In this document: positions 1-9,873 of the stretch, piece after piece
Layout: every line of letters begins with the position of its first letter
Numbering within the stretch: position 1 is the stretch's first letter
Program-made: the position numbers and the translations under genes
The notes under the pieces: generated by a model
Database searches by the model: none
The model's input: only the letters and a program-made list of their open reading frames with translations
What the model was told of the DNA's origin: nothing
DNA from: Candidatus Tayloriibacteriota bacterium
Lineage (GTDB): Bacteria > Patescibacteriota > Minisyncoccia > Phycocordibacterales > CAIZLB01
Reading direction: 5' to 3'
Length of the DNA stretch: 64,000 nt
NCBI GenBank assembly: GCA_018883165.1
Contig: VEQN01000002.1
Span: 12,134 to 76,133 of the forward strand

Positions 1-9
1 GGAGCTGCG

Positions 10-1737
10 ATGATAACACTCATACTGTTCTTCTTGTCTGTATCAGTGATTGTCTTGGTGGGCATCGCTACTCCAATTGCAAATCAGATACGAAATGGTG
101 CTGATTTTATGCAATCCAAACAAGGATATGTTGCAGCAGATGCTCTCAATGAAGAAGCATTGTATCGATTAAACAGTGGAAGAACTCTTCCTGCTCAACT
201 CGTCTTGTCCTTCTCTGGAGCGACTTCAACCGCGGCAATTACAGACGTCGGTAATGCAAAGCAGGTAATTGCTGAAGGTATCGCAGGGGCTTTCAATCGA
301 GTGTCTCGAAGTGTATTTTCACAGGATCAAGGTGTTTCAATTAACTATGGGCTACAAGTTGGAAACGGCGGAGTTACTATGAGTGGAAGTTCAAGTATCG
401 TAGGTAATGTATATTCTAATGGTAATATTACTGCTACAGGATCTTGTAGTATCACGGGTTCAGCAGTAGCTGCTGTGGCGACCACTCAAGTTGCTGATCA
501 GGAAAACTTCGCAACTGGAGCACCTGCAGTTAATACAACATTTGGTACAGCAAATGCTTCACAAGACTTTGGTCAAAGTTTCATCGTATCGACTTCTACA
601 GCCGTGGCTGAGGCATCTTTGTATATTCGAAAAGTTGGATCACCTGCAAACACTACTGTGAAGATTATGAATAATAATGCTGGTTCTCCTGGTTCTACAG
701 TACTTGCAAGTGGTACATTGAGTGCAAGTAGCGTATCCACCACATATGGTTGGGTAGATGTCGCATTTGCAACAAACCCCTCACTCACTCCGGGTACTAC
801 ATATTGGTTAGTAATTGATAATGGAGCAAATAACACCAGTTCATACTATGTAATGGGTACTACAAACACAAACTCATACACATCAGGATTGCTTCGCCTT
901 GGAAGAGTTGGAAGTACTTGGTCTACACCTAACTCGTCACATGATGCATTCTTTAAGATATTTGTCGGTGGTGTTAGTGTCATCAGCGGTGTCTCAGTTG
1001 GAGGTTCAGGAGGAGACGTACGAGCATTTACTGTAAACAATACGACTGCGTCTGGTGTCATATATTGCCAAGCGGGAACAGGAAACAATAAGAGTTGTAA
1101 CACCACACAATCAACACCTTCACCTTTGTCATTTCCTGTAAGTGATTCGAATATCCAGGCATGGAAAGATGAAGCAACGGCTCTTGGTGTACGAAATAGC
1201 TCTTTGACTCTTGGCGGATCAACTTCTACCACAACTGCTGGTATGAAAATTGTTGGAAATCTAGATATCGGGTCTAGTGCAGATCTTACATTGACTGGTC
1301 CTTTGTATGTAACGGGGGACTTAACTATAAGTGGTTCAGCGAAGCTTCGATTGGCGAGTTCATACGGGGCATCTTCTGAATTCATTGTTGTAGATGGAAA
1401 AGTGAACATAGGGGCATCAGGTGCAATCCAGGGAAGTGGAAACTCAAATAGTTATGTACTTATTGCAACCACGAGTCAGTGCGGTGGATTGACGACTTGC
1501 GCTTCAAATGTACCAGCTGTAGCAGTTTCAGGCTCTGCAGGGGCTGTGGTGCTCGTTTCACCATATGGAAGAGTGGATTTCACAGGAAGCGCAGGTGCTA
1601 AAGCGGTCATTTCATATGGCATGAGTCTTAGTGGTTCAACCTCACTTAACTACGAAAGTGGCCTCGCTGATATCGATTTTACCAGTGGACCATCAGGTTC
1701 ATGGAGCGTAGATTCATGGCGGGAAATTACACAATAG
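10..1737 (+). CDS. Ser/Thr/Gly-rich cell-surface protein with N-terminal hydrophobic anchor; may be 5' truncated by the window edge
   Basis: 575 aa ORF. N-terminal 20-aa hydrophobic segment, then G/S/T/N-rich repetitive region resembling beta-helix surface proteins. Upstream frame remains open at the window start (GAA-M). Confidence 0.5.
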   Translation: MITLILFFLSVSVIVLVGIATPIANQIRNGADFMQSKQGYVAADALNEEALYRLNSGRTLPAQLVLSFSGATSTAAITDVGNAKQVIAEGIAGAFNRVSRSVFSQDQGVSINYGLQVGNGGVTMSGSSSIVGNVYSNGNITATGSCSITGSAVAAVATTQVADQENFATGAPAVNTTFGTANASQDFGQSFIVSTSTAVAEASLYIRKVGSPANTTVKIMNNNAGSPGSTVLASGTLSASSVSTTYGWVDVAFATNPSLTPGTTYWLVIDNGANNTSSYYVMGTTNTNSYTSGLLRLGRVGSTWSTPNSSHDAFFKIFVGGVSVISGVSVGGSGGDVRAFTVNNTTASGVIYCQAGTGNNKSCNTTQSTPSPLSFPVSDSNIQAWKDEATALGVRNSSLTLGGSTSTTTAGMKIVGNLDIGSSADLTLTGPLYVTGDLTISGSAKLRLASSYGASSEFIVVDGKVNIGASGAIQGSGNSNSYVLIATTSQCGGLTTCASNVPAVAVSGSAGAVVLVSPYGRVDFTGSAGAKAVISYGMSLSGSTSLNYESGLADIDFTSGPSGSWSVDSWREITQ

Positions 1738-1780
1738 GTTTCCACTCTCAATACTTGGTGAGTTTTGGTATAATCTCACC

Positions 1781-2632
1781 ATGAAAAAAGCAAAACCATT
1801 GATTGTTGGTAACTGGAAGACTAACCCAGGAAACGTTAAGGATGCGAAAAAAATATTTCTAGGAATTAAGAAAGCTGCTTCAGTATATAAGGATTTAGAT
1901 GTTGTTGTATGTCCACCGTACCCATATATTTCAATACTTTCATCTGCGATTGGTACACAAAAGAAGAATCTCTCAGTTGGATCACAGGACGTATCTCAAT
2001 TCGAAAGTGGTCTTTCAAGAACTGGTGAAGTGTCTGCTGATATGATTTCAAGTGTCGGTGCAACCTTTGCGATCGTTGGTCATTCAGAGAGAAGAGCTAT
2101 GGGTGAGAATGCAGATCTTCTTCGAACGAAAATACAGCAAGTGCTAAAGACGAACATGTCAGTGATTGTTTGTGTAGGTGAAAAAGAAAGAGATGCAGAG
2201 GGTGGATATTTTGAAATTGTTAAGGCGCAACTTAAAGAAGTGCTTGTTGGTGTAAATCGTTCAGATTTTCATAAAATCATAATTGCCTATGAACCCGTTT
2301 GGGCAATCGGACGAAAAGATAATGTTGCACTCACTGGATATGATTTACATCAGATGGTTGTGTACATCAGAAAATATCTCAAAGAAACATGGGGTGAGAC
2401 AATATCCTCAATGATGAAGATATTGTATGGAGGTTCAGTGAATTCATCAAATACAGAAGATATTATGATAAACGGTGAAGTTGACGGTCTTTTGGTTGGT
2501 AGATCAAGTTGGACAGCAGACGCGTTCAGAGATGTCTTTAGTTCTGTTACTGCATGTATGAAGACCCATAGCATCAAAGATTTAAAGAAAACACTTAAAA
2601 AGGCACAAGCACAAAAGAAGAATAAGAGATAA
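1781..2632 (+). CDS. tpiA: triosephosphate isomerase with Lys-rich C-terminal tail
   Basis: LIVGNWKTN, AYEPVWAIG and GGSV motifs; 283 aa (about 30 aa longer than typical) ending KKTLKKAQAQKKNKR. Confidence 0.9.
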   Translation: MKKAKPLIVGNWKTNPGNVKDAKKIFLGIKKAASVYKDLDVVVCPPYPYISILSSAIGTQKKNLSVGSQDVSQFESGLSRTGEVSADMISSVGATFAIVGHSERRAMGENADLLRTKIQQVLKTNMSVIVCVGEKERDAEGGYFEIVKAQLKEVLVGVNRSDFHKIIIAYEPVWAIGRKDNVALTGYDLHQMVVYIRKYLKETWGETISSMMKILYGGSVNSSNTEDIMINGEVDGLLVGRSSWTADAFRDVFSSVTACMKTHSIKDLKKTLKKAQAQKKNKR

Positions 2633-2634
2633 AT

Positions 2635-3792
2635 ATGACCATTACACCAATTACAGTATTACAAGAATCGGATCTAAGAGATAAAAAAGTACTTATCCGA
2701 GTTGATTTTAATGTACAAGTATATGAAGGGAGGATTCTTGATGACCTGCGTATCCGAAAGACACTTGAAACAATTGTGTATGTAAGGGGGAAGGGAGCGA
2801 AGGTGATACTGGTATCGCACAATGAAAGTAAAGACGGTACAGGTTTGCTACCAGTCTGTGAGTACATCAATGAGATGTATAAGAATGAATGTGGACAGGT
2901 CACATTCATTTCAGATTTCATGGCAGAGAGTACAAAAGAAACTATTGCATCTATGAATTCTGGTGATGTTATCTTGTTTGAAAATTTACGGGTTCTTCCT
3001 GGTGAGAAAGCAAATGATGTTGAATTTTCAAAGTATCTAGCAAGCCTTGCTGATCTGTATGTGAACGATGCTTTTGCGGTATCTCACAGAAAGCATGCAT
3101 CAGTTGTGGGTGTCCCTGCTCTATTTCCTGGCAAGAAATATGCAGGAATACAGCTTATGAAAGAAGTTGATGCACTTAAAAAAGCTTTAAAGCCAAGTCA
3201 CCCGTTTATATTCATCCTTGGTGGTGCGAAGTTTGAGACGAAACTACCTCTAATTCAGAAGTTCTCAGAGACTGCAGATATGATATTTCTTGGAGGTGCA
3301 CTCTTAAATGATGTCCTAAAAGCAAAAGGCTTTGATGTGGGCATGTCATTGGTATCTGCTGGAGAATTCGACTTGAGTGGTGTAATTTCAAATCCAAAAG
3401 TGCTCATACCTACAGATGTGGTAGTTGAGAGAGGGGGGCAAGCCGTGATTGTTCCTGTGAACGAAGTCCTCACTAATGATGCCATCATGGACGTTGGCCC
3501 ATCATTCACATCTATGCTTAAACAACATGCAGAGAGCTCACAATTTATTCTCTGGAATGGTCCTATGGGTAACTATGAAAAAGGGTACAAGGATCAAACT
3601 ATTGGTATGGCAAAAGTGGTATTTGAATCAAAAGCCCAAGCTCTTCTTGGGGGAGGAGACACGACGGCTGCAATTAAAGAGTTGGGGTATGAAGAGAAAG
3701 AGTCGGAACATGTGTTCATCTCAACGGGAGGAGGAGCAATGCTTGAGTTCCTGCAGTACGAAACACTCCCTGGAATATTAGCTTTAGAGTAA
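2635..3792 (+). CDS. pgk: phosphoglycerate kinase
   Basis: VLIRVDFNV N-terminal motif; 385 aa; immediately follows tpiA (3-nt gap). Confidence 0.92.
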   Translation: MTITPITVLQESDLRDKKVLIRVDFNVQVYEGRILDDLRIRKTLETIVYVRGKGAKVILVSHNESKDGTGLLPVCEYINEMYKNECGQVTFISDFMAESTKETIASMNSGDVILFENLRVLPGEKANDVEFSKYLASLADLYVNDAFAVSHRKHASVVGVPALFPGKKYAGIQLMKEVDALKKALKPSHPFIFILGGAKFETKLPLIQKFSETADMIFLGGALLNDVLKAKGFDVGMSLVSAGEFDLSGVISNPKVLIPTDVVVERGGQAVIVPVNEVLTNDAIMDVGPSFTSMLKQHAESSQFILWNGPMGNYEKGYKDQTIGMAKVVFESKAQALLGGGDTTAAIKELGYEEKESEHVFISTGGGAMLEFLQYETLPGILALE

Positions 3793-3798
3793 AACTAA

Positions 3799-4233
3799 TT
3801 ACAAACTTAGAGCATCTCTGATTTTTTCAGCGATGTTTTTTGTTTCTTCCTCATCGATATATGATTTGTGTGGCCAGTGAACTAATCCATCTTCATTCTC
3901 CCGAGGGATAACATGAATATGCGCATGAAATACGAGTTGTCCCGCAGCACTTTCGTTGTTCATGATTATATTTATACCATCAGCACTCACTGCATTCTTA
4001 ATTCCAATTGCAACCTTTTGTGCTACAAGCATCATCCTGCACCACAGTTCAGCTGGTACTGAATATATATTCTCGAAATGGTCTTTGGGAATTACTAAAG
4101 TATGACCCTTATTTACTGGTCGGATATCTAGAAAGGCCAGAACACTATCATCTTCATATACTTTAACCGCAGGGATTTCTAGGTTTATAATCTTACAGAA
4201 TATACAGGTTTCGTCGTGGTTTGCATGTGTCAT
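3799..4233 (-). CDS. HIT-family (histidine triad) nucleotide hydrolase
   Basis: CIFCKI zinc-ribbon-like N-terminus and HAHIHVIP histidine-triad motif. Confidence 0.85.
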   Translation of the reverse strand: MTHANHDETCIFCKIINLEIPAVKVYEDDSVLAFLDIRPVNKGHTLVIPKDHFENIYSVPAELWCRMMLVAQKVAIGIKNAVSADGINIIMNNESAAGQLVFHAHIHVIPRENEDGLVHWPHKSYIDEEETKNIAEKIRDALSL

Positions 4234-4279
4234 ATATACATATTCTAGCTTTTTTACACAATCAGTCTATATCGCTAGT

Positions 4280-5989
4280 ATGTGCTACACTCTGTATATG
4301 TCTCGATACTCCATTAGAAATACCGAAGGTGACACATTGCTTGATAGGCTGCTACATAGTAGAGGGATAGTTAATCCTGAAGAGAAACAAGCATTTCTTA
4401 ATCCTGAGTATGCAACTGGTGTTCACGATCCATATCTTTTGAAAGATATGGAGAGGGTTGTTAAGAGAATCAAAGATGCTGTTTCAAAAAATGAAAAGAT
4501 TTGTATATATAGTGACTTTGATGCGGATGGTATTCCAGGTGCCGTTGTTCTCCATGATTTCTTTAAGAAGATTGAGTTTAATAACTTTGAAAACTATATC
4601 CCTCATCGACACCGAGAAGGCTTTGGAATACACATTGCCGCACTAGATGAAATCGCACTAGGCGGTTCAACACTCGTCATATCGATTGATTGCGGTATTG
4701 CAGATGTTGAAGCTGCAACGCGGGCAAAAGAGCTTGGTATTGATTTAATAATTACAGACCATCATACTCCTGGAGAAGTACTTCCGGAAGCATATGCAAT
4801 CATTAATCCAAAACAACCAGGCTGTGAGTATCCTGAAAAAATGCTCTGTGGATCAGGTGTAATATACAAGGTGGTTCAAGCGTTGGTAAAAGAGTTTAAT
4901 TTAAAAGAGGGTACTGAAAAATGGTGGTTGGATATGGTGGGTATTGCAACGTTGTCTGACATGGTTCCACTTGTGGGAGAGAATAGGATTTTTGCACATT
5001 TTGGTTTAGTTGTACTGAGAAAAACTAGAAGAATTGGTCTACAGAAACTCTTCTCTGCACTGAAGATTAATCCTGCACATCTTGTAGAGGAGGATATTAC
5101 ATTCATGGTCACACCTAGAATTAATGCAGCGTCACGAATGGCAGATCCTAAAGATGCATTTATTCTTTTGTCTACTACCGACGAAGCAGAAGCGGATTTA
5201 ATGGTTAAACATCTCGAGCAGATTAACGGTGAAAGAAAGACTCAGGTTGCTCAGTTGGTAAAGCAGATACATGCACTAGTTGTTGAAAGAAACCTCAATG
5301 AAAAACCAGTCATTGTATTAGGTAATCCAAATTGGAAACCACCAGTACTTGGTCTTGTGGCTACTAACTTGGTTCGCGAATACGGTAAACCGGTGTTTTT
5401 GTGGGGTAGATCGGAGGAAGATGTTGTTAAGGGATCTTGTAGATCACCTGAAGGTATCGATATCGTGTCAGTAATGAGAAAGATATCTAATCCAGAGAAG
5501 GTATATATTAATATGGGTGGACATAGTGCATCGGGTGGTTTTTCACTCACTGAAGAAGGGGTACATATATTTGAAGAACAACTTATCGATTCATTTAATA
5601 CTATATACAACGAACAGGATTCTGAAGGTCAGGGAGAATCAATACTAGTTGATGCGTACCTGGAGTCTCATGAGGTATCTTCTGGTGTGTGGAGTGCTGT
5701 TTCTAAACTATCACCATTTGGGGAAGGAAATCCAAAACCAGTATTTGTACTAAAGTCAGTTTCAATCGAAGGGGTTAAGATGTTTGGTAAACAAAAAGAG
5801 CATATCGAAATACAGATAAAGACAGAAGGTGGTAAGATTGCTAAAGCGATTAAGTTTTTTGCAGCTGATGATACAGTTCTCATCTCAAAGATTGAGGGGA
5901 AAAACAAGGTGGACATACTGGGGCATATGGAAAAGTCTATGTTTAAAAATTACCCTGAATACAGGCTACGTATCATTGATGTGATATAG
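4280..5989 (+). CDS. recJ: single-stranded-DNA-specific exonuclease RecJ (DHH family)
   Basis: DFDADGI, IITDHH and GGHSASGG motifs; 569 aa. Confidence 0.85.
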   Translation: MCYTLYMSRYSIRNTEGDTLLDRLLHSRGIVNPEEKQAFLNPEYATGVHDPYLLKDMERVVKRIKDAVSKNEKICIYSDFDADGIPGAVVLHDFFKKIEFNNFENYIPHRHREGFGIHIAALDEIALGGSTLVISIDCGIADVEAATRAKELGIDLIITDHHTPGEVLPEAYAIINPKQPGCEYPEKMLCGSGVIYKVVQALVKEFNLKEGTEKWWLDMVGIATLSDMVPLVGENRIFAHFGLVVLRKTRRIGLQKLFSALKINPAHLVEEDITFMVTPRINAASRMADPKDAFILLSTTDEAEADLMVKHLEQINGERKTQVAQLVKQIHALVVERNLNEKPVIVLGNPNWKPPVLGLVATNLVREYGKPVFLWGRSEEDVVKGSCRSPEGIDIVSVMRKISNPEKVYINMGGHSASGGFSLTEEGVHIFEEQLIDSFNTIYNEQDSEGQGESILVDAYLESHEVSSGVWSAVSKLSPFGEGNPKPVFVLKSVSIEGVKMFGKQKEHIEIQIKTEGGKIAKAIKFFAADDTVLISKIEGKNKVDILGHMEKSMFKNYPEYRLRIIDVI

Positions 5990-5996
5990 TTTACCT

Positions 5997-6764
5997 ATGA
6001 AGTTACTACAGATAGAAGAAAAGAAGGTGGTCATATTTACCGATGGCTCATCTCGAGGAAACCCTGGCCCTGGAGGCTATGGGGTTGTTGCAATATATAT
6101 GGATGGGCATGGTGAGGTCTGTGTTGATGAGCTTGGTGGAAGAGAGGACATGACTACCAATAACCGAATGGAGCTTAAGGCAGTTATTGAAGGGCTTAAG
6201 AATTTCATCGGATACTATGCAAATCTCAAGGAATATACATTCACAATATATTTAGATTCAGCGTATGTTGAGAATGGTATAACAAAGTGGGTATCAGGAT
6301 GGAAAAAGAACGGATGGAAAACTGGCACTAAAGAAGATGTAAAAAACCAAGATCTATGGATGGAACTTGATGAACTTAAGAGCAAGATGAACATTTCATT
6401 GATTAGAGTGCCAGGACATGCTGGTATTTCGGGAAACGAACGATGTGATGTTATTGCAACAATGTATGCAGACAATCTACCTGTACGACTCTTTACAGGA
6501 AGAATCACATCATATCCACTAGATGAGAGAAACATTTTGGAGCTCGGAACTGATTCAATTTCATTACAAAAAAAGAAAAAAAGTAGTAGTTCTGTTAAGG
6601 CACATTCATATGTAAGTCTTGTGGATGGAAAAATCCATATTGATGTAGACTGGAAGACTTGTGAATCTAGAGTAAAAGGAAAAAGCGGTGCATTGTTCAA
6701 AAAATCTACAAGCCCTATCGATGAGAAAATTATTGTTGAGGAATTCTTAAAAAAGAATTCATAA
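5997..6764 (+). CDS. rnhA: ribonuclease HI with about 95-aa Lys-rich C-terminal extension
   Basis: FTDGSSRGNPGPGGYG RNase H motif. Catalytic domain ends near residue 160, yet the ORF is 255 aa. Confidence 0.85.
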   Translation: MKLLQIEEKKVVIFTDGSSRGNPGPGGYGVVAIYMDGHGEVCVDELGGREDMTTNNRMELKAVIEGLKNFIGYYANLKEYTFTIYLDSAYVENGITKWVSGWKKNGWKTGTKEDVKNQDLWMELDELKSKMNISLIRVPGHAGISGNERCDVIATMYADNLPVRLFTGRITSYPLDERNILELGTDSISLQKKKKSSSSVKAHSYVSLVDGKIHIDVDWKTCESRVKGKSGALFKKSTSPIDEKIIVEEFLKKNS

Positions 6765-6784
6765 ACACTCAGTACAATTCTTGA

Positions 6785-8182
6785 GTGCATACTCATTCAA
6801 GAAAATTACTTTTCGTATTCTTGATTGCGGTGTGCATTGTCGGAGCACGGATGTATTCGGTTCCTAATACAGATGTGAACTTAAGTAAAAAAGTTGGAAG
6901 TTTACAGACGTTGTGTGGAGTGATTATAGATGAACCTAATGTTAAAGTGAGTGGTACAAAGTTTGTGTTACGTGTGAGTGATACATGTCTTGAAGAAACC
7001 AAGACTGGAAGTTTGGTAGAGGTTCACACGAGAAGTCTTGACCCGAGAATTTCATTTGGGGCATTTGTAAAAATTTCAGGCAGACTTGTACTCCCTGAAA
7101 ATATTGTAAGTGATGATGGTAGGGTGTTTGACTATGTGCACTATTTGCAGAAAGATGGAATTTTCACTCAGATTAAAAATGCAAAGATTGAGGATATTAA
7201 AAAAACCGAATCGTTCTCTTTGAAATCTGAACTGTATCAATTGAAGAGAAAGTACATGGAGAGAGTTGAAGAGATGTTACCTGTGCCACACTCACTGCTT
7301 GCAAATGGGTTAGTGATTTCAGGTAAGGGTTCGATGAGTAAGGAACTGCAAGAAGAGTTCCAGAGAGTGGGACTCATCCATATTGTCGTGCTGTCTGGAT
7401 CTAATGTTTCAATTATTGGTGAGGTGATTATAAAAATATTTTCATTCTTACCAAAACTTTTAGGTGCATTTTTTGGTGGGTTGGGTGTTGTGCTTTTCTC
7501 GATGATGGTTGGAGGAAGCGCGACAGTTGTTCGCTCTACGATAATGTCCCTGATTGGAATTTTCGCTCGACTGACAGGTAAGAAAAATAGTGCACTCATC
7601 TCGCTTCTTACCGCTGGTATGTTGATGCTCTTTCACAACCCGTTACTTCTTTTTCATGACCCATCTTTCCAACTTAGTTTTCTAGCATCACTTGGTTTAA
7701 TTCTGTATGGGTCACGAATTGATCCTGTCCTTTTGAAAAAATATATCAAGGTAAAGATGATGTTTGGTAAAAAGAAAGTTGACGAGTTGGGAGGGTTTGA
7801 GAAAGGGGTTCTTGAAATTGTTTCATCGTCTCTGAGTACCCAAGTTGGAACATTGCCATTCATTGTACAGATGTCCGGTTTAGTATCAGTAGTTGCACTT
7901 CCGGTAAATATTCTGCTACTTCCACTCATCCCCTATACCATGCTCTTCGTGTGTATTACTGGTGTTACCAGTTTCATATCTACAACTTTAGCATCAGTAC
8001 CTGCATTTGTTTCATGGATTCTACTCGATATAATTCTCGAAACGGTGCATGTATTTTCTAGATTAAATTTTTCAGTTGTTGAGTTTGGGGTTGTGAGTGA
8101 TAGGTTTGTGATTGCTATGTATATATTTCTCATCATAGAATATCTTTGGTACTTAAGAAAAAGAAAACAGGTTTCTCACTGA
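6785..8182 (+). CDS. comEC: ComEC/Rec2 N-terminal portion (DUF4131 plus competence channel domain); no MBL domain
   Basis: Multi-TM protein with GLIHIVVLSGSNVSI competence-domain motif; stops within terminator hairpin. Confidence 0.8.
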   Translation: MHTHSRKLLFVFLIAVCIVGARMYSVPNTDVNLSKKVGSLQTLCGVIIDEPNVKVSGTKFVLRVSDTCLEETKTGSLVEVHTRSLDPRISFGAFVKISGRLVLPENIVSDDGRVFDYVHYLQKDGIFTQIKNAKIEDIKKTESFSLKSELYQLKRKYMERVEEMLPVPHSLLANGLVISGKGSMSKELQEEFQRVGLIHIVVLSGSNVSIIGEVIIKIFSFLPKLLGAFFGGLGVVLFSMMVGGSATVVRSTIMSLIGIFARLTGKKNSALISLLTAGMLMLFHNPLLLFHDPSFQLSFLASLGLILYGSRIDPVLLKKYIKVKMMFGKKKVDELGGFEKGVLEIVSSSLSTQVGTLPFIVQMSGLVSVVALPVNILLLPLIPYTMLFVCITGVTSFISTTLASVPAFVSWILLDIILETVHVFSRLNFSVVEFGVVSDRFVIAMYIFLIIEYLWYLRKRKQVSH

Positions 8183-8196
8183 GAAACCTGTTTTAC
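8164..8196. terminator. bidirectional rho-independent terminator between comEC N-terminal gene and sodA
   Basis: aaacaggtttctc/actg/agaaacctgtttt hairpin followed by T-run. Confidence 0.6.
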
Positions 8197-8229
8197 AAGG
8201 ATTTTAAAGTATAGATGAAATGTTTCCCA

Positions 8230-8829
8230 TTAGCGTGAAACTATGTCGCTGAAACGTTTCTCAACTACCTCCCAGTTCAAGTTTTTGAAGAATGCTTCAA
8301 TGTATTTCTTCTTCTCAGATGGAACATAGTCAAGCATGTATGAGTGTTCCCACATATCAAGGGCAAGAATTACATCAAGACCGGTGAGGTGTCCGATATG
8401 CTGCTCTTCAATCCATGTGTGTACCAATTGGTTTGTCTTTTTGTCGAAATACAATATTGCCCAACCTACACCACGTGTCATTGCGAGTGATGAAAATTTA
8501 GAGAACCAGGTTTCAAATGAACCCCACTTCGATTCAATTTTCTTTTTGAGTTCGACTAGAGATTCAGCTGGTTTTGCTCCACCTTCGAATTGTGTGAAAT
8601 ATAGCTCATGGTTTCTCATGCCATCAAACTCGAATGCAAATCTTCTTTGCATCTCAGCGATTGGGTATGCGTGTTTCTCCGGATCAAGGTTCAAAAGCTC
8701 TTGAATTTTTTCATGGATGAGATTTGCATGCTTCACGTATCCAGTGTAGAGCTTTAAGTGTTCCTCAATTGTTTTTGCGGAGATACCTTCAAGCTGACCA
8801 ATATTAAATTTCTGTTCTGTAAATTGCAT
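8230..8829 (-). CDS. sodA: Fe/Mn superoxide dismutase
   Basis: DMWEHSYMLDY metal-ligand motif and 199 aa typical length. Confidence 0.9.
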   Translation of the reverse strand: MQFTEQKFNIGQLEGISAKTIEEHLKLYTGYVKHANLIHEKIQELLNLDPEKHAYPIAEMQRRFAFEFDGMRNHELYFTQFEGGAKPAESLVELKKKIESKWGSFETWFSKFSSLAMTRGVGWAILYFDKKTNQLVHTWIEEQHIGHLTGLDVILALDMWEHSYMLDYVPSEKKKYIEAFFKNLNWEVVEKRFSDIVSR

Positions 8830-8836
8830 ATGTAAA

Positions 8837-9823
8837 TTGATTATGAATATATCAAAATTATATCACACGCTAACCAATCAAATTTCGGACAAAGTCCGGC
8901 ATCTTTTCCTTGCATCATTCATTGTGCTTATGATGCACATGTTCGTATATATACATGTTCAAGGTTTAGATACTGCACTCACAGAAATTACATTTCTCAA
9001 TGTTGGGCAAGGTGACTCTATATATGTCACTGCACCGAATGGAAACTCCATACTCATTGATGGGGGGCAAGACAATAATTTGGCAAGGACAGAACTCGGT
9101 AACATAAAAAGTTTTTTTGATTCGAAAATTGATGTAATACTCGGTACGCATCCCGATGCAGATCATATCGGTGGAATTTCAAAGATTATGAAAAGATACA
9201 AAACATCAATGTATCTTGATCCTGGGTTTCCATCGAATACAGATGTATACAAAAATTTAATGAGTGATATTAAATCAGAAAATATTCCGTATAGAATTCT
9301 TCGCAGAGGAATGAGAATTGTATTAGACGAAGCACATAATGTTTCCCTCAAAGTGCTCTACCCTAGTGAAGAGTATGTGCTCGAAAGATACACTGCATGC
9401 GTAGAGAAAAATAATTTGAAGAAAAGTAAGAGAAAAGAAAATTGTAAGAAATATTTTTCGGTGGATACAAATGATATGTCTGTTGTGCTTCAGTTGGAGT
9501 ACAAAGAAAACAAAGTTCTTCTAACTGGAGATGCATCTGTTTCCGTTGAGAATTTTTTGGTAACTGAATATGGAAGGGACTTAAAATCTGATGTATTGAA
9601 GCTCGGTCATCATGGATCAAAGACCTCAAGTGGTGAAGAGTTTTTGAAATCAGTGTACCCAGAGTTTGCAATTGTATCTGCAGGATTTAAAAATAGATAT
9701 GGTCATCCTCATAAAGAAGTTTTAGATAGGGTTTTGAAATTTACAAAAGCGAGAGTTCTCAGAACTGATACCTCGGGTGAACATGTAACATTGACTTTGG
9801 ATGGTACACACGTGAGCAAATAA
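8837..9823 (+). CDS. ComEC-type metallo-beta-lactamase domain protein (free-standing C-terminal ComEC module)
   Basis: N-terminal TM helix, then LNVGQGDSIYV, HPDADHIGG and GHHGSKTSS motifs characteristic of the ComEC MBL domain. Confidence 0.8.
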   Translation: MIMNISKLYHTLTNQISDKVRHLFLASFIVLMMHMFVYIHVQGLDTALTEITFLNVGQGDSIYVTAPNGNSILIDGGQDNNLARTELGNIKSFFDSKIDVILGTHPDADHIGGISKIMKRYKTSMYLDPGFPSNTDVYKNLMSDIKSENIPYRILRRGMRIVLDEAHNVSLKVLYPSEEYVLERYTACVEKNNLKKSKRKENCKKYFSVDTNDMSVVLQLEYKENKVLLTGDASVSVENFLVTEYGRDLKSDVLKLGHHGSKTSSGEEFLKSVYPEFAIVSAGFKNRYGHPHKEVLDRVLKFTKARVLRTDTSGEHVTLTLDGTHVSK

Positions 9824-9831
9824 CAAAACAC

Positions 9832-9862
9832 CACCTTGTGGGTGGTATTTTGTTTCTACTTA
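9832..9862. terminator. bidirectional terminator (comEC-MBL / rpmB convergent)
   Basis: aaaacaccacc-ttgt-gggtggtatttt hairpin. Confidence 0.55.
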
Positions 9863-9873
9863 TAAAACTCGTA

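Noticed and set aside
10-100. Type IV pilin / pseudopilin interpretation of the first ORF N-terminus
   Set aside because: It lacks the G-F/M-T-L-I-E prepilin peptidase site and Glu5; the hydrophobic segment is better described as a generic signal anchor.
573-1409. Minus-strand ORFs 573..836 and 846..1409 inside the first gene
   Set aside because: Fully antisense to a longer, compositionally coherent plus-strand ORF; typical spurious reverse frames in Ser/Thr/Gly-rich coding DNA.
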